From NCBI RefSeq assembly GCF_036321535.1, contig NC_087437.1, positions 111,044,001 to 111,108,000 on the forward strand: DNA of 64,000 nt, in the 5' to 3' direction. The position numbers were made by a program, and so were the translations under genes. The DNA comes from Camelus dromedarius. Lineage: Eukaryota. Position 1 is the stretch's first letter, and each line of letters begins with the position of its first letter. Shown in pieces: positions 38,553 to 52,010 of this stretch. The notes below the pieces were generated by a model that worked only from the letters and a program-made list of their open reading frames with translations, searched no databases and was not told the origin of the DNA.

Positions 38553-40303
38553 GATGGCACCATAAGTGACGACCAACTCATCAAAAGATACCTCTCATGG
38601 GGCAAGAGCAGTGGCTGCCTACAAGGTCCAGGTCTCTCCCCAGGGCAGTGAGTCCACTGTAAACCTATGAAGATCTGAAATTTATTTTAAGCAAAGCAGC
38701 AGTGTTCTCTCACAACCTTCTTTTCTGTTCCTAGTCGCAGTTCCACCTTACTTGATTCCAACAGAATGAATTTCTGTGGCATTCTTGCATGAACCTAACA
38801 CAAAATTTGTTCACATAAGGAAAAAGATTTATCAACCACTGTCGTCTCTCCTACCAATACCCTGAGATTCGTATGTGTACATTATATAAAAAACATATAT
38901 TTTAATCATAAAAATGTTTGTTGTTTTTACTCCAGACCTTCAGAAAATTGAAATAACAGTACAATCCATACATGTATTTCCTTTGCCTAGATTCACCGAT
39001 TAATAATATTTAGAGCTTAATTATTTTGAACAGATTCTCAGGCGACTCTTATAGTAGGCACTGTGTTGGGAGCTGGGGAGTTTGGAAAAATGAGGAGCTA
39101 GTTTTCAAAGAAAGAGAAAAGGCATATTTAGATTACATTATAATTATACCAAAAAATCATTCTTAGAATGTTAGCAATAAATAAGAGAAATTTAAATTTT
39201 CAATAATATATAAGATGTGTATCTATTTTGAGCATAGAGTACATTGTGTTTTGATAAAATCTAATACATAAAACCATAATTTCAAATGAAAAATAAGAGA
39301 CTATTATTATCTCTTTGAAATGACTCCTTGGTGTTTTGCAAAATAACGTACAATAAGGTTTGATCAATTTCCCTACGGTTATTTATGGTTGTCTTTAAGA
39401 ATTTCAGTTTGTATATGAATTGCTATTTTACTATAACTGGCAAAGTGTAACAGTTGTGACTTTGAGTTAAGAGTTGTACTATTAAAAAGTCAAGATGTTT
39501 GGGATATACAGTTAACCCATCACATAATGAGATTATCCACAGGGTATTTTATTTCCAATGTTAGCTGGAAAAAAATCTTACCTGAAATTCTTCACAGCAT
39601 TATCTTTGTCTATCACAATTAATCTAGAGCCCAGAGTGTCTGCCCCTCCCACCTTCCTCAAGCCCAAAAATATGTGAGAGGGCTTTAAACTTAAAATAGA
39701 CTCTTTAGGCTGGAGTTCTGCAGTCTAGGAAGTGCAGGAGGAGATGCAGACAATGTGATAAGCAGCTTTCAAGTTTCTGTGCGAGACCTTCCCCATGTTT
39801 TGTTTGAAGTGCTTTACCTTCTGAGAAAATAGTGTATTCATGCATAAATTCATATCCAAGGTAAATATTTTTTGTGGATTAATCACTATTAGTCATTCAC
39901 TGAACAATGTTATATACTAAGTTGCAGGCACTGTGATGAGTAATTGGGAACTTTTTCTAACTACCTAACTCTAGTGGAATAATATAATGCAGTATTTCGA
40001 GTTATCAACTCAAATATCTTAAAAGCTTTGAAGAACACTTTTATAGGGTAAACAAACACCTTGGTAGATCCTTCTGGCTTATAATTTAATATAACCAATA
40101 TTATAGCAAAGTTCACAACAAGAAAAAATATTTTAAAAGTTTCTTCACGTTTCTTTTGAGTGCTATTTATACCAGTATTTTGGTGCTCTAATGTTCTAAT
40201 TTAAAATGTTAAAAATTGCTAATTATAAATGTATCAAAATTCTAGGCAGAAAAATCCAAAGCTTAGGTGAAATCACCACAACTCAGTTACCAATTTTAAA
40301 GTA

Positions 40304-40511
40304 CTGCTGACTCCTAAATAACATGGGTTTGAACTCCATCATCTACTCATATACAGACTGTGTCCAGTAAATATGTCCTACACAGTCCACAGCTGGGTAA
40401 CTTGCAGGTGTGGAACTGCGGGTATGAAGGGCCAATTACAAAGTTACATGTGGATTTTGGACTGTGTGGGAGTCAGAGCCCCTAATCTCCACACTGTTCA
40501 AGAGTCAACTG
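40304..40511. mobile_element. Tigger2-derived MITE
   Basis: Imperfect TIRs CTGCTGACTCCTAAATAAC and TGTTCAAGAGTCAACTG, flanked by TA. Confidence 0.6.
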
Positions 40512-43500
40512 TAATTACAGAATTTGATGGTGAAATTATTCACCTTCATGGAAGTCTTAAGGATCATAGCTACTGCATAAAAGCAAACACACCTGTTTAA
40601 TTCAAAAGCCAATTCTGTCTACATAATTCCTGAAGTGTCTCAATTTTGGAACATCAACTCAAATGCCTACTGAGGCCAGGCAACGATGTGTGGAAATCAA
40701 GCATGAAGTACATCCCACTCTCTAGCAATTCAGCCTGGAGGCCACCAATTCATGACTTTTACTTTAAATCTTTGGTAACAAAAATTATCAGTAAGAAGCA
40801 ATCTTACACATAGCCAATTCTTATTTATAAATTTCACCACCACCTTACAGCAGTGTGATAAAATGTCTGTATTTTAATAATTATAATGAATAAATGTATC
40901 TGGCAAGAGAAGAGACTTTAATTTTCCACAAGAGGAATGAGTCCAACTTAGCTTAATTTTTCCTTGAAAAGATATCCTGGATATGCTGGTAACACAATAG
41001 AGATATGTAACACAAACAAACTTTTTTGTGTATTTTTTTATTGTTTGGAACACCAAAATAACCCAAATTTCACATTTACAATGAACTTTAAAAAAAATAT
41101 GCTGTACATATTAATAAATACATGTTATACAAAAAGTTTGGAAAAGTAAACACATACACTTATACAGTAAAGAGAATGCACTGAATTGCTATCATCTTTA
41201 ATATTCCTTTTCTCCTAAATGATCAACAACTGTAACTGTGTCCTCTAGCTTTTATGAAACCACCAATGCTCTAACTAGCTATCTTGGAGTGTGAGGTACT
41301 AAGAACAGATTCCTTTAAAATCAAGTGATAATGAATCACTGCTGTGCATCAAATAATTTCATGTTTTCAGATTATCAGTTACTAAAACAATAAAAATCTA
41401 TGAAAGACCAGAGGCTTAAGTCTCTACAAACTTGGTACTGTGGGCTACCCTCAGCTCAGCTCCAGAAATACATACTCATCCCTCCCAAACTAAGAGAAAA
41501 TTATTTAAGCCAAACCAATCTTAAAGCACCCCACTGCCTCCTTCATAACCAGGACTCACTACAGAACTTTCGAAGATCTGTTGAAACTTTGGCCCCTCTA
41601 CTTTAAAAATATTGCCACATTTCAGAAATTAAGATCCAAACACTCAGTTAAGTCTCAAGGATACATTTACCTTCCACTGTAAGAAAATGATTTGAGTATC
41701 ATTAATGGGAATAACACAGATATTAGAGTGTGCTATTTAAATGAAATGCCACTATGACTAACACACATTTTCTCAGCAAGCCAACTGATGGAACTTTAAT
41801 ATGTGTGGATTTATGATCTGGTCTAATAAGCCATGAAAATATCTGAGGTGACTATGCCAAGACACATACTTTCCTGAAAAGACTGCACCCTTTGTCTGCC
41901 AATAATTAGAACAGTTTAAAATAAATCAGAGATAAAGTAATATTTCAAAGTTTCAAAGTATATTCTTCTCTAGGTATTCTAAATATCACCTAGGATATTC
42001 CTTACCTGTAATATTGCACCCACCATTAACTGAGCGCTTACCCTGTGGCAGGCCCCATGTTAGTTGTTTTATATATGTTAGCTCACTGAATCATCACAAC
42101 ACCCCGGAGTGGCATTTTTATTTCTTTTCCGGGAAACACAGTTGAAAAACTGAAGTTTAGTGTCACCTTCTAGGCTTAAAGTTTTCTGGCATAGTATAAC
42201 ACTGCTTTTTTATTATCATAAGAGAAAACATTAGAGCACCAAGACAAAACTTGAAAGCATCTTAGTTCTAATTTTCCATGACTTGGTTAACGTCAACAAT
42301 GCCCAGCCCTGATTACTAGTTCTGCAGTGCTGCAACACTGCCTGTGATTACTATATTCCTTGATCAGTATGATGGAATTGTCATTAATCCTTTGGATAAA
42401 TATTCTTCATCTGGATACACATTTAAAAAGTCTCATTTCAATAAAAAGTCAAAATTCATGGGATATTCTTTTCAAGATTTCCAACTGAAGGAACAGGGAA
42501 AGCTTCTTTCTCATGATTGGAACTAAACTACTGCATTTTAGCTAAAAGTGTTTACTTTAATAAAACAGTTTCATTTTTATGTTATGTCATATTCTAACCA
42601 TTCCATATTTGGAACATTCTTCAGTTTCTAAATTTTGTTTAAAAAGTTACAGACCAAGATCATCACCAGAGGTAGAAGTAAAACAGCCCTACACTGAGAA
42701 CCATCCACCTATCCACTTACTCACGTAACAGATGTTCCTCTCTCATGGAGCGTCCATTCTGGGGGATGGGAGGAGCCGGACATCCAAACAGGTATGTTGG
42801 GTAATGATAAATGTCAAAAATTTAATTATTTTTCTAGCAGCGCTCAGCTTATTACTAAGCTGATTTTTTAAGCTTATCAACTTTTGATTTGTTTTGTTTC
42901 ACATGTTGGCTGAGACTTTATATATATTTCACTCGTGGTAAGACATAAAGGGCAGAGTCTCCAAGACTTAAATGTTAAATCAGAGGCAGTTTATTTATTC
43001 TTCAAAGTTGTTTGAAAGTAGTGGTTATTAGACTCCTGGTGATGATGAAATCTCTTCACTCACTCAATGAGCTAACTAAGCTCAGAAAAAAAAGCCCAAA
43101 GCATGCAATTTTGTTAACAGTCTCAGGTGGCCTAGTATCTAAGGACACTAGACCAGGAAATTTTATTTCAAAGAGAATTCATTATCAAGGGTGGGTGTTG
43201 GGTGGAGGAAAGGGGTGGATCAGAAAATTCTACCCAACTTAGATTCTATGATTCTTGTATAACCATCTTTCTACAAATATGGGGGGGGGGGGAGCATAAC
43301 AAAACTGATCTCCAAAGATGTTCAGGTTTCCTGGATCCTACTCCAATTTTCCTTCTACTATGATTTCCATTATGGCATAGACCTCTTGAGCAACTTCCTC
43401 ATTAAACAAACCATTTTCCATCATTGAGACTACTGCTACATTACCTGCGAAAAATTTTAACCCTAAATCCTTTTACCATTACCCAGTCCACATACTAAAG

Positions 43501-44586
43501 GAAATAAAAATCAAATTTATTATTAGCCTAAACTCAGTCTTGGAGCGGGCAGAAGACAGCATGCCATTTAAAAACAAATTGATTTTTATTATAAATGTCG
43601 TACATGGAACAAAGTGAAAATTTCCAACAGTGCCGAATGCTGTAGGTGAAAAGTAAAAGTCCTACATCACAAACCAATGTCCCACAGTTCTGTATCGCAA
43701 AGGTAACCAATGTGCTCTTTCCAAAAAAATCAAAGATTATGAAAGCAAACATTTGCACACACACACATATACCTCCGAAAAATACAATGGGCACACAGGA
43801 CTAGAACATTTAAATACTAAGGACGAATTAACTATTCATTAGGAGAATCAAGTGCTAATTACACTTGGCAATTCCACTTCAAATACAACAATTTATTATT
43901 GAAAGGTTGGTCACTATAACAAGTATATGACATATTCATTTAGAATTCAAGCAAATAAGGGTAAGGCCTCTTAAAGATGTAAACAATCTAAATCATGCTT
44001 CCCTTGATCGCAGTAGTAAAGTTGCAGGTAAAGAATACAACAGATGAACTCTTGCAGGAGAAAACTGAGGGGTCAGTGGAAACGCACACCTTAGGTGGTG
44101 CAACTGTCACTCAGGTAACAAAGCCATTTTATTGCAATGTATCAAAGATGATTTCTTTACTAACCCAGAGAGAAAGCTACCAAAGTCCAGGGAATTTAAA
44201 TATTATAAAAATTAATCCAGACAGGAAAAAAAATCTATGTTGTCAAAGAAATGCTATCTCTTATTAAGCTGGGATGTCTGGGGTTATGTCAATCATGAAC
44301 TTTGTACCAGTTCCTTTTTTACAGAGATTAGCTTCATCACTTTTCTATACCAAATTAAAATGTGCAAATCCAAACTTTAATTCAAGACAAATAAACATGA
44401 TTTGATTTTTGAGGCGGTCTCTTGAGGGAGGGTATTCTTGGTAAAAACCAAGTGCATATATTTAAGAAGAAAATCTTCAAAGAAAAATATTAGCCTCAGA
44501 GAATATTTTACCAACATTAGCACTGTTTATTAAAAAAACAAACTTGGGCAGGGGAAAGAAAAGTAATGATAAAAAAGTTAACTTAC

Positions 44587-44778
44587 CAAGAAGTGAAACA
44601 GGCTGGGTTACAGGAGGGGTGGGCAGATTCGTGGGTGCAGCAGGTGGCACAGCAGAGCCATACATTTTCACACTGTCACCAGACTCGGCATTTCCTCTAG
44701 CCCCAGACACCACTGTTGGAATGGGATTTCCAATAGATAAGTCTTTTGTAGTGTCTTCATTTATACCAGCGATAGTAG
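44587..44778 (-). CDS. SCAF4: SCAF4 exon 19 (STIAGINED...QPVSLL)
   Basis: tag|CT, G|gtaagt, 192 nt. Confidence 0.93.
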
Positions 44779-44935
44779 CTAAGGAATATAATTACATCAA
44801 CATGTGAAGCTGAATAATTAATTATCTCCCCGGTCAACATTCTTTTGCCATACTACAGATCCTATTACTGGTCCATTCTCCCTCCTACTCCCAGCTCCAA
44901 GAGGACAAGTGAACACAAAGGAAAAACATGCTTAC

Positions 44936-45022
44936 AGTTTGGGATGCTTATTGGTGGAGTGTGAGGAGGAGGAATGGATACTGGTGGAGTTATAGGAGGT
45001 GGGGGTCCAGGAGGAAGAAAAC
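44936..45022 (-). CDS. SCAF4: SCAF4 exon 18 (GFLPPGPPPPITPPVSIPPPHTPPISIPN)
   Basis: tag|GT, T|gtaagc, 87 nt. Confidence 0.95.
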
Positions 45023-45112
45023 CTAGAATAAGAAAAAAAAATGTCAATTCAAGCTGTGTCATTTTATTTCAGGCTCTAAAAAAAGAATGTCTTCTCACAT
45101 AATTCAGTGTAC

Positions 45113-45278
45113 CTGGTGGTAAATGCATTGGGTTGAATCCTGGGCGCAAAAACGGTGGAGGAGGTGGAGGAGGAGGAACACCAGGACCAAAGCCGGGAGG
45201 CGGAATTCCCAAAGGAGGTGTGAAAGTAGGTGGCTGGAGAGTACCAACTACAGGAGGTCCTGGCTGATGTGGTGGGAC
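45113..45278 (-). CDS. SCAF4: SCAF4 exon 17 (VPPHQPGPP...FNPMHLPP)
   Basis: tag|GTC, G|gtacac, 166 nt. Confidence 0.95.
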
Positions 45279-46524
45279 CTAGAAAGAAAGAAAAATGGAG
45301 CCACGTATCTAGCCACCCTCCCAGCCTTTTACTGTGTAGAGACAAAGAAAATACCTTGTTGAAAAAATAGTTCTCTCTAAATTGTTCCTGCTATATGATA
45401 AACTTATTAGATAATAGGTGGAAACCTGTACCTACCCCAAGTGATAGAAATCATACATTTTATATGATATATGTTTACCTTATAGAAACATTTTTAAATA
45501 ATAGAAATCACTTATTTATTTGCTCTCTACTTTATGACAGCAAATTCACACTATATTTCACTAGCACCTATACTGGTATTCTGCTAGAATATAATGTTTA
45601 AAAATGTCTTATGGTCAGGACAGTAATTTTGAGAAATTAACACTAAGAAAAGCTACCTGGTAATTTGCACAGGATTAAGATCACAGGTCCTAGGGTCAAA
45701 CTGCCTGGCCCCCCCTTTTAAGCAGTTTGTGACACTGAGCAAGCTACTTACATTACGATCTCAGTTTACTCATTTATAAAATGGAAAACTGCCAACCTGA
45801 CATAATTAGGGAGATTAAAGAGTAAATAAATGTTAAGTGCCTGGCACTTAATGAACACCCAACATATGTCAGGTATTATGTTTTAAAAAAAGTATGATCA
45901 ACTTTTATAGATTAGTCAAGTTTCTTTAAATGAGTCATGACATAACACTGAATCTTATCTAGAAGGCATATCCTTCCGTATCTGGAACAGCATATTCAAA
46001 AGGTCAACTGAAGAGTGCCGATTTGGGGAATCCATTTATAAAATACCACAGCTAAATTAGGTATCAAAGCATGTAATTTTCTTACATTGAGAAAATCAAG
46101 AAGCTAGGCCACCTACTCTGGTGACAACTCAGATTTATCTGATTCAATTTTATGGTGAGAAACTGAGGAAGGAAGGTATTGAAAGAAAAGAAAAATCTAG
46201 TGGATCACGCATAGACGTATGGGTCAAGTATTCATAATTTTTACCAAAATGTTACTTACTTAGCTCTTGTTATGTAACAGAAAAGTCACACCTCAAGTCA
46301 AAAAGCTTATGTGGTAAAACATGGAATAATCCAGACAGATATAAGGCAATATGAACTTATTCTGGTTTTTAAGAGTTTATAAATAATACGCCAACACACA
46401 AAAAAGTAATATGCTCATTTACATACTCGTCTTTGACTATGAATCTAGACACACATCTACAGTACGATTAGAAAGGTATGTTCTACACATTTAAAAGATT
46501 AAATAATGCCCCAAATATTCTTAC

Positions 46525-46682
46525 CTGTGGAGGTGGTACTGTTATAGGTGCAGGAACAGGAATGGGAGGGACAGGCACAGGTAAAGGCTTAGGGATGGGT
46601 GATACTGGTTCTGTGTGTGAGGTTTCTGCCCCTCCATTTTGAGCAACTTCATTTTCATGCTTCTTGGGAATTCCCTTCCAAT
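46525..46682 (-). CDS. SCAF4: SCAF4 exon 16 (DWKGIPKKHENE...TVPPPQ)
   Basis: tag|AT, CAG|gtaaga, 158 nt. Confidence 0.95.
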
Positions 46683-46869
46683 CTATGAGAGTTAGAGAAA
46701 TGTAACAAAAGCTTACACTTTTAGTTTGTAACTTTAAACTCTTTTAACTTTCAGTACAAACTTTAAACTTTAAAGTAATTTTTTAAATGCTGATATTAAA
46801 ATCAGACAGCAGTATGATTATTAAATGCCTATGCTAATTTTATATAAATTATTTAAATTAATGAATAAC

Positions 46870-47135
46870 AACAGCAAACATGCAAAAAGAATGCTTACTA
46901 TGTGCCAGGCACAGTTCTAAGCATTATATATATTACATATACCTTCATTTAATACCTTCATACCTTCATTCTCACAGGCATCCATCTATAAGTAGGTCCT
47001 ATTATTATCCTCATTTTATAAATGAGGTAAACAAAGACAATTTGTCCAAAGTCACATATCTAGTAAGCTGGCAGAGACGGGACTCAACCCCGACATATCT
47101 GGCTCTAACGTCTATGTTCTTAACCACAACAGTGT
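46870..47135 (-). mobile_element. MIR SINE
   Basis: CTTACTATGTGCCAGGCAC...TATTATTATCCTCATTTTATAAATGAGG...CCAAAGTCACA MIR core. Confidence 0.7.
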
Positions 47136-47957
47136 ACTGTTTGGATTAAAGATCCTGGGAAGGAAGCAGGATTCTTCTTACCTTGGACCAGAACCTCTCA
47201 GAACACCTGGTACATAGTAGACCCTAGATACCTGTTTGCCTTAATTGAAAGGCAACCTTAAGTGAAGGCAACACGCACCGTGTAGGGAAGGGGGATGGAT
47301 ATGAGAATAGTCCAGCACTGTTTCACCACCCTTTGGCTCTCAAACCATCACTCCTGTCTGAAGCTTCCCTCGAACATTTACTCTATTTTGCCATGCCATC
47401 CGGTGCTCCTCTTTGTCCTGCTATGTATCAGTCTTCAGGTCATGCCCCCATAAGCTGCAAATTTTCCCAATGCCATTTTCCCCAATCCCACTGTCCATCC
47501 AGCATTTAATATTCAGGCTACAAATAATTGCACCTCCTCGTCTTACACATTTACTTTTGATAGCCTCTGTGAACATTTAAACATTTTTCAAAGAAATTAT
47601 TATGAAGCAGTAGATTTTTACTACAACAATGTTCAGTTTAAGACTCACTTGATCTGTTAGGTTTTCACAGTGAAAAATCCTACTTAAGATCTACTTAATA
47701 CCATAATTAATAATTAACCCCACAATCAGTAATTATTTCATTTGTTGTGTCTGCATCTCTCCCACTAAATATAAGTTGCACGAGGGCAAGGACCACAATT
47801 GTCTTATTCACTGTTGTTTCTTCAGTTTATAATGGAGAGACAGGCACCCACATAATATTTGAAATTATCTCAAAAATCGACTCCTAATGCAAAGAACATT
47901 TGTCATAGCACTACCAAGAAAATAGATAAATTTTTTAAAAAATTAATACTGCTTTAC

Positions 47958-48114
47958 CTGGATTAAGTGTATCACTGTCCAACATTCCTCCTTCACAAAA
48001 ACTCTCCAGTTCTTCAGGCTTGACTTTGTCCCATGGAATATAAGTAACACCAAGTTCTACATCCCAATACTGCTTATAATCTGCCTTTATTCCTTTGTTT
48101 AAGGCCCAGGCAAT
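47958..48114 (-). CDS. SCAF4: SCAF4 exon 15 (IAWALNKGIK...DSDTLNP)
   Basis: tag|ATT, G|gtaaag, 157 nt; end of the RRM. Confidence 0.96.
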
Positions 48115-48964
48115 CTATTTCACCATTAGTTAAAATATAAAAAGATAAGGGAGAAAAACGTCAAAAATTTTGAGCGTTAACTGTTTCCCACCATCCTAAT
48201 CACCAAGACTTGGTCAACAAGGCAGAAACCTGGCCTGGTTATCCCTGGATCTCACTCAAAGGTATATTTGGCACTAGGAAACTGGTTACCCCTTTATCCC
48301 ACTTTGTCCTAGGATGTAAATTTGACTGGTAATCATGTCCTTACCAACTCACCACCCCCTAACTCGGGCAGCATAAAACTTAAGAGAAAAGGAAAAAGTT
48401 ACCAGAGACAGGGTGAAGTTCCCCATACAACTAAGAATAGAAAAGTGAGGAACACTTTTAAGTCTCAGGTACCTCAGGATTACTCAACATGAGATAAAGT
48501 CCTTTGCAGTGCAATCTAAGGGTATAACAGGGTATTGTGACATTGAGGAAACACTGACTCTGGCCCCTTTGGGGGGGGAAATACTCATGTACCTACATCT
48601 TTTCCTCTATCTTCAGTAAGTATTTTTCATAGTAAATTCTAAGATGAGATGGCAAACTTCAAAATTAAAATGTAAAAAAATCACAATTTTTTGAATGACA
48701 AGATAAAATATTTTACAAAATTTGACATTATATTTGAAGCACCAATTAAATACCCTGATGAATCTATCCATCTTGAAAAAAAAATCCCGCAAAATTCTAC
48801 CATGCATGTAGGACTTAAAATTTTGTTAACTCTTAAGAGATAACCTCTTTAAAAGAAGATGCGTATGTAATAACACTCTGGTGTCTAAAACTGGTTTTTA
48901 AAAAGTTGTGTAGTATTATGTATTAAACTTTTAAAGAAATGAATTATACAATATAAAACAGTAC

Positions 48965-49078
48965 CTTTATGGATTTCTGGTTCACTTTATAGTTTCCTCG
49001 GCTCAGTTTCTGCAGGGCACGATAAGCATCTTGCCTATGAACCATAACAATATAGGCACAACCTCTGGGAGGAATCAT
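48965..49078 (-). CDS. SCAF4: SCAF4 exon 14 (MIPPRGCAYIVM...NQKSIK), RRM
   Basis: cag|ATG, AAG|gtac, 114 nt; RNP1-like RGCAYIVM. Confidence 0.96.
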
Positions 49079-49510
49079 CTGCTCCAAAAGATTTTAATAT
49101 TATAAAATATGATAAAGAAATCAAAGAGCAACAAGATATAATAGTAATTGATCAGTTAACAACTCTAACTCCAACCCCCTGCACCCTCTAGCCAGTGTTC
49201 TATAATCTGAGATTAAATGAATTTGTAACTGGCAGTTCCAGTTCAGTCTCAACTGCCAGTTATCAACAAACCTACGGTCCCCCAAGCTTTGTTATATAAA
49301 GGTTTCTTTAGAAAAAGGTTTTAAATTAAACTTGGTTATCCAAGAAATGTGGTTAAATGCAGAGAATGCTAAACATGAAATCATAATACCTAAACTCTAG
49401 TTGTATCTTCTACAAATCTGGGCAAATTTTAACTTAGGTCTCAAGTCCTTGATTTCATAAAATAAGATTAATCACATCAATCTACTGTCATTAAATAATT
49501 TAACACTCAC

Positions 49511-49611
49511 ATTAATTGATTCAATTGGCCCAAACTCTTCTAAGAGACTGGCAACATCTTGCTGAGTAGTCCTTTTGTCCAGTTGTCCCACCCAGAGTGT
49601 AGTACTACAAA
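49511..49611 (-). CDS. SCAF4: SCAF4 exon 13 (VCSTTLWVGQLDK...PIESIN), RRM
   Basis: aag|TT, AAT|gtgagt, 101 nt; RNP2-like LWVGQL. Confidence 0.96.
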
Positions 49612-50524
49612 CTTAAAATAAAATTATAATCATAAAAATATACATATTTGATAATGAGCAGCACTGTACTTTACAGAAAATATGCATGAGTCACATTATG
49701 ATTCCATCAAGTTTAAGTAGAAAAGCCCACATACATTTTAAAAATTCTAGTAAACTGTGGTAGTACTTCCAGAAATGGAACCAGGATAGTGAAAGGTACA
49801 CCTTTGAGATGGGAAAAAAATGGCTTTTATAGACATCTGAAGATTTCATCTATGTAAACCAGGGTCAGGGAAGCAGTATCTTGCTCAGAATCACCCTTGG
49901 CAAGTGAAAGGAAGAGCTAAAATTTGATTCCAACTCTCTTGATCACCAACCAATTCGGTGTTTGGTTCACTGTATGTAGCTGTCCCTATCTAACCATCAC
50001 ATGTATATGATTTTTCTCTTATGTTGTGTCCTAGCTGATAAGCCTTAGAGTCAGAAGTTTTATATATGCTTCAGTCATATTATAAATTAAAATTTCACTA
50101 ATTTTGTTTAATAAGATGTGCCTGGCCCATCTTACTAAACATATTCTAAATACATGATGAAATTCAGGAGATAATGCAAGTTAATACATTCTCTAAACTG
50201 TGCATCTTTATAAAAATTAGAGGGCATTAGTTATTCTTGAGGAAAATAAAGACCAAACCACCTTTCTACTCTGTGTAGTACAGGGAAGCTAGTTAATGGC
50301 TTCATATTTCATACATTCAATCAAAGACAACCTATTACTCATTACCGTTGGTTTGATTCACTCACTGCTTTACAACTGGCTTAACGTACAGAAGCAAATC
50401 CAAGGGTATATGCCAAAGTACAAACAAAACACGATAAAGCAGTATTTTGCTAACAGTTATAAAACACTTTACACCCATCCCATGAAAAATAACGTAGGAA
50501 GGTTGAATGTAAGTGTTCATTTAC

Positions 50525-50715
50525 CACTAGCAGTTTCTGATTTGATTTGAGGAAGGCCTTTTTGTCGGCGTTCTCTTTCTTTTTCTCGATCTCGTCTTTC
50601 TTGGGATCGAGATCGAGGAGAATGTCGGCGTCTATCTCTGGATCGAGATCGAGAACGTCGATGACGAGACCTTCGAGATCTAGAACCAGATCGAGATCGT
50701 CTCCTTTTTGGTGAC
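50525..50715 (-). CDS. SCAF4: SCAF4 exon 12, RS domain
   Basis: tag|G TCA, G|gtaaat, 191 nt; SPKRRRSRSGSRSRRSRHRR. Confidence 0.96.
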
Positions 50716-51391
50716 CTAATATTTTCACAAGGAGAGAGAATGGATAACACGTGGAGAGAAAAAGAAATTGTAAGCATGTGTTTGTTAACGTAAAAAAGAA
50801 AAAACACAACTAGGTAATTTAATGTTTGGATATGTAAGAATCTGACAGTAGGGAATTCATTTTAAAGATTTTTAATACGTTCAAAATTAGAAAGCATGCA
50901 TATATTACAAACAAGATAAATAAGGCTGCTAACTTTGCATCTCTCATTTTTCAAAATTTGTACTATACTAAATGACATCTTTGTAGTGCAGAAGCTTAAT
51001 GTTATTGAGATATATTGTGACTACTATTCTCTATCTGCTCAGTAAAACCTTTTCTGTAGTAATTTTAAAAACATAATCTGGTAATAGTATTACTTATTAT
51101 ATTTCCATTTTTTGGTTGGTAAATTGGTAATGAAACTTGGAATATATAAATATTATAATTCCATGTAACACCGTAAGCAGGCATTAGAGCAGCTCAAAAG
51201 GGAATAAATGTGGGTTAAAGATGACTGACTTAGTTTTTTTTTATTAATACTTCTCCTGCCCCCACTTCACACATACATACAAATATACCAAGTGTTAGTT
51301 TATTAACTTTGCACATCTAAAAATAATCCAACTTGATTTTAAATTCTACATCTCCTAAGACATACAGATTTGGAATAACATTTTAAATTAC

Positions 51392-51477
51392 CTGGATGCT
51401 GATCTAGATCTTGATTTTCTGTTATCAGGTATGTGCCGCTTCACTTCTTGAATACAAGGCTGCTCTACTTCCATTTC
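51392..51477 (-). CDS. SCAF4: SCAF4 exon 11 (EMEVEQPCIQEVKRHIPDNRKSRSRSAS)
   Basis: aag|GAA, AG|gtaatt, 86 nt. Confidence 0.95.
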
Positions 51478-52010
51478 CTTTAAAAACAAAACCAAAAGCC
51501 ATCATTAAACTGGAAAGTAGAAATTATAAATAAAGGCAAGAGGACAACATCTAAAAAATGCTAAATTACAAATCCCTTGCTCTGAAGCAGTTTTCTTTGG
51601 GACTTACCTAAGATCGTATTACTAGTTTAACAATGACCAGTCACAAGTGGGAAAAGTCTTTGTCTTATATGGTTTACAAGATTAGAAGAAATACTTGTCT
51701 ACTGCTAGAAATTATTTCATGTCAGTTACATACTGTTACAATAAACCATCACCTAAATAAATTAGTGAATTAGGCCCTGGTTAAGCTTTCCATACTCCAT
51801 CTCAATCCTCAGAGAACCCAATGGAAACTGGTAGTATTAATTCATCCACTTTCCGAATGAAAATCTAGGTCACAGAGAGGGTTAATATGTACCTAAGGTA
51901 ACAGTGTTTCCTCATATTCAAAACTGAAGATAACAAGCCAACAAGCAGGTATCTGCTAGAAGTCAAGGGAACCAAAAAGATAATCAACAATCTTGAGAAT
52001 GAAGTTTTAC

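Noticed and set aside
32151..42010. Isolated strong minus-strand donor motifs near 32156, 39581 and 42005
   Set aside because: No convincing paired acceptor; two lie in or beside MIR-like sequence
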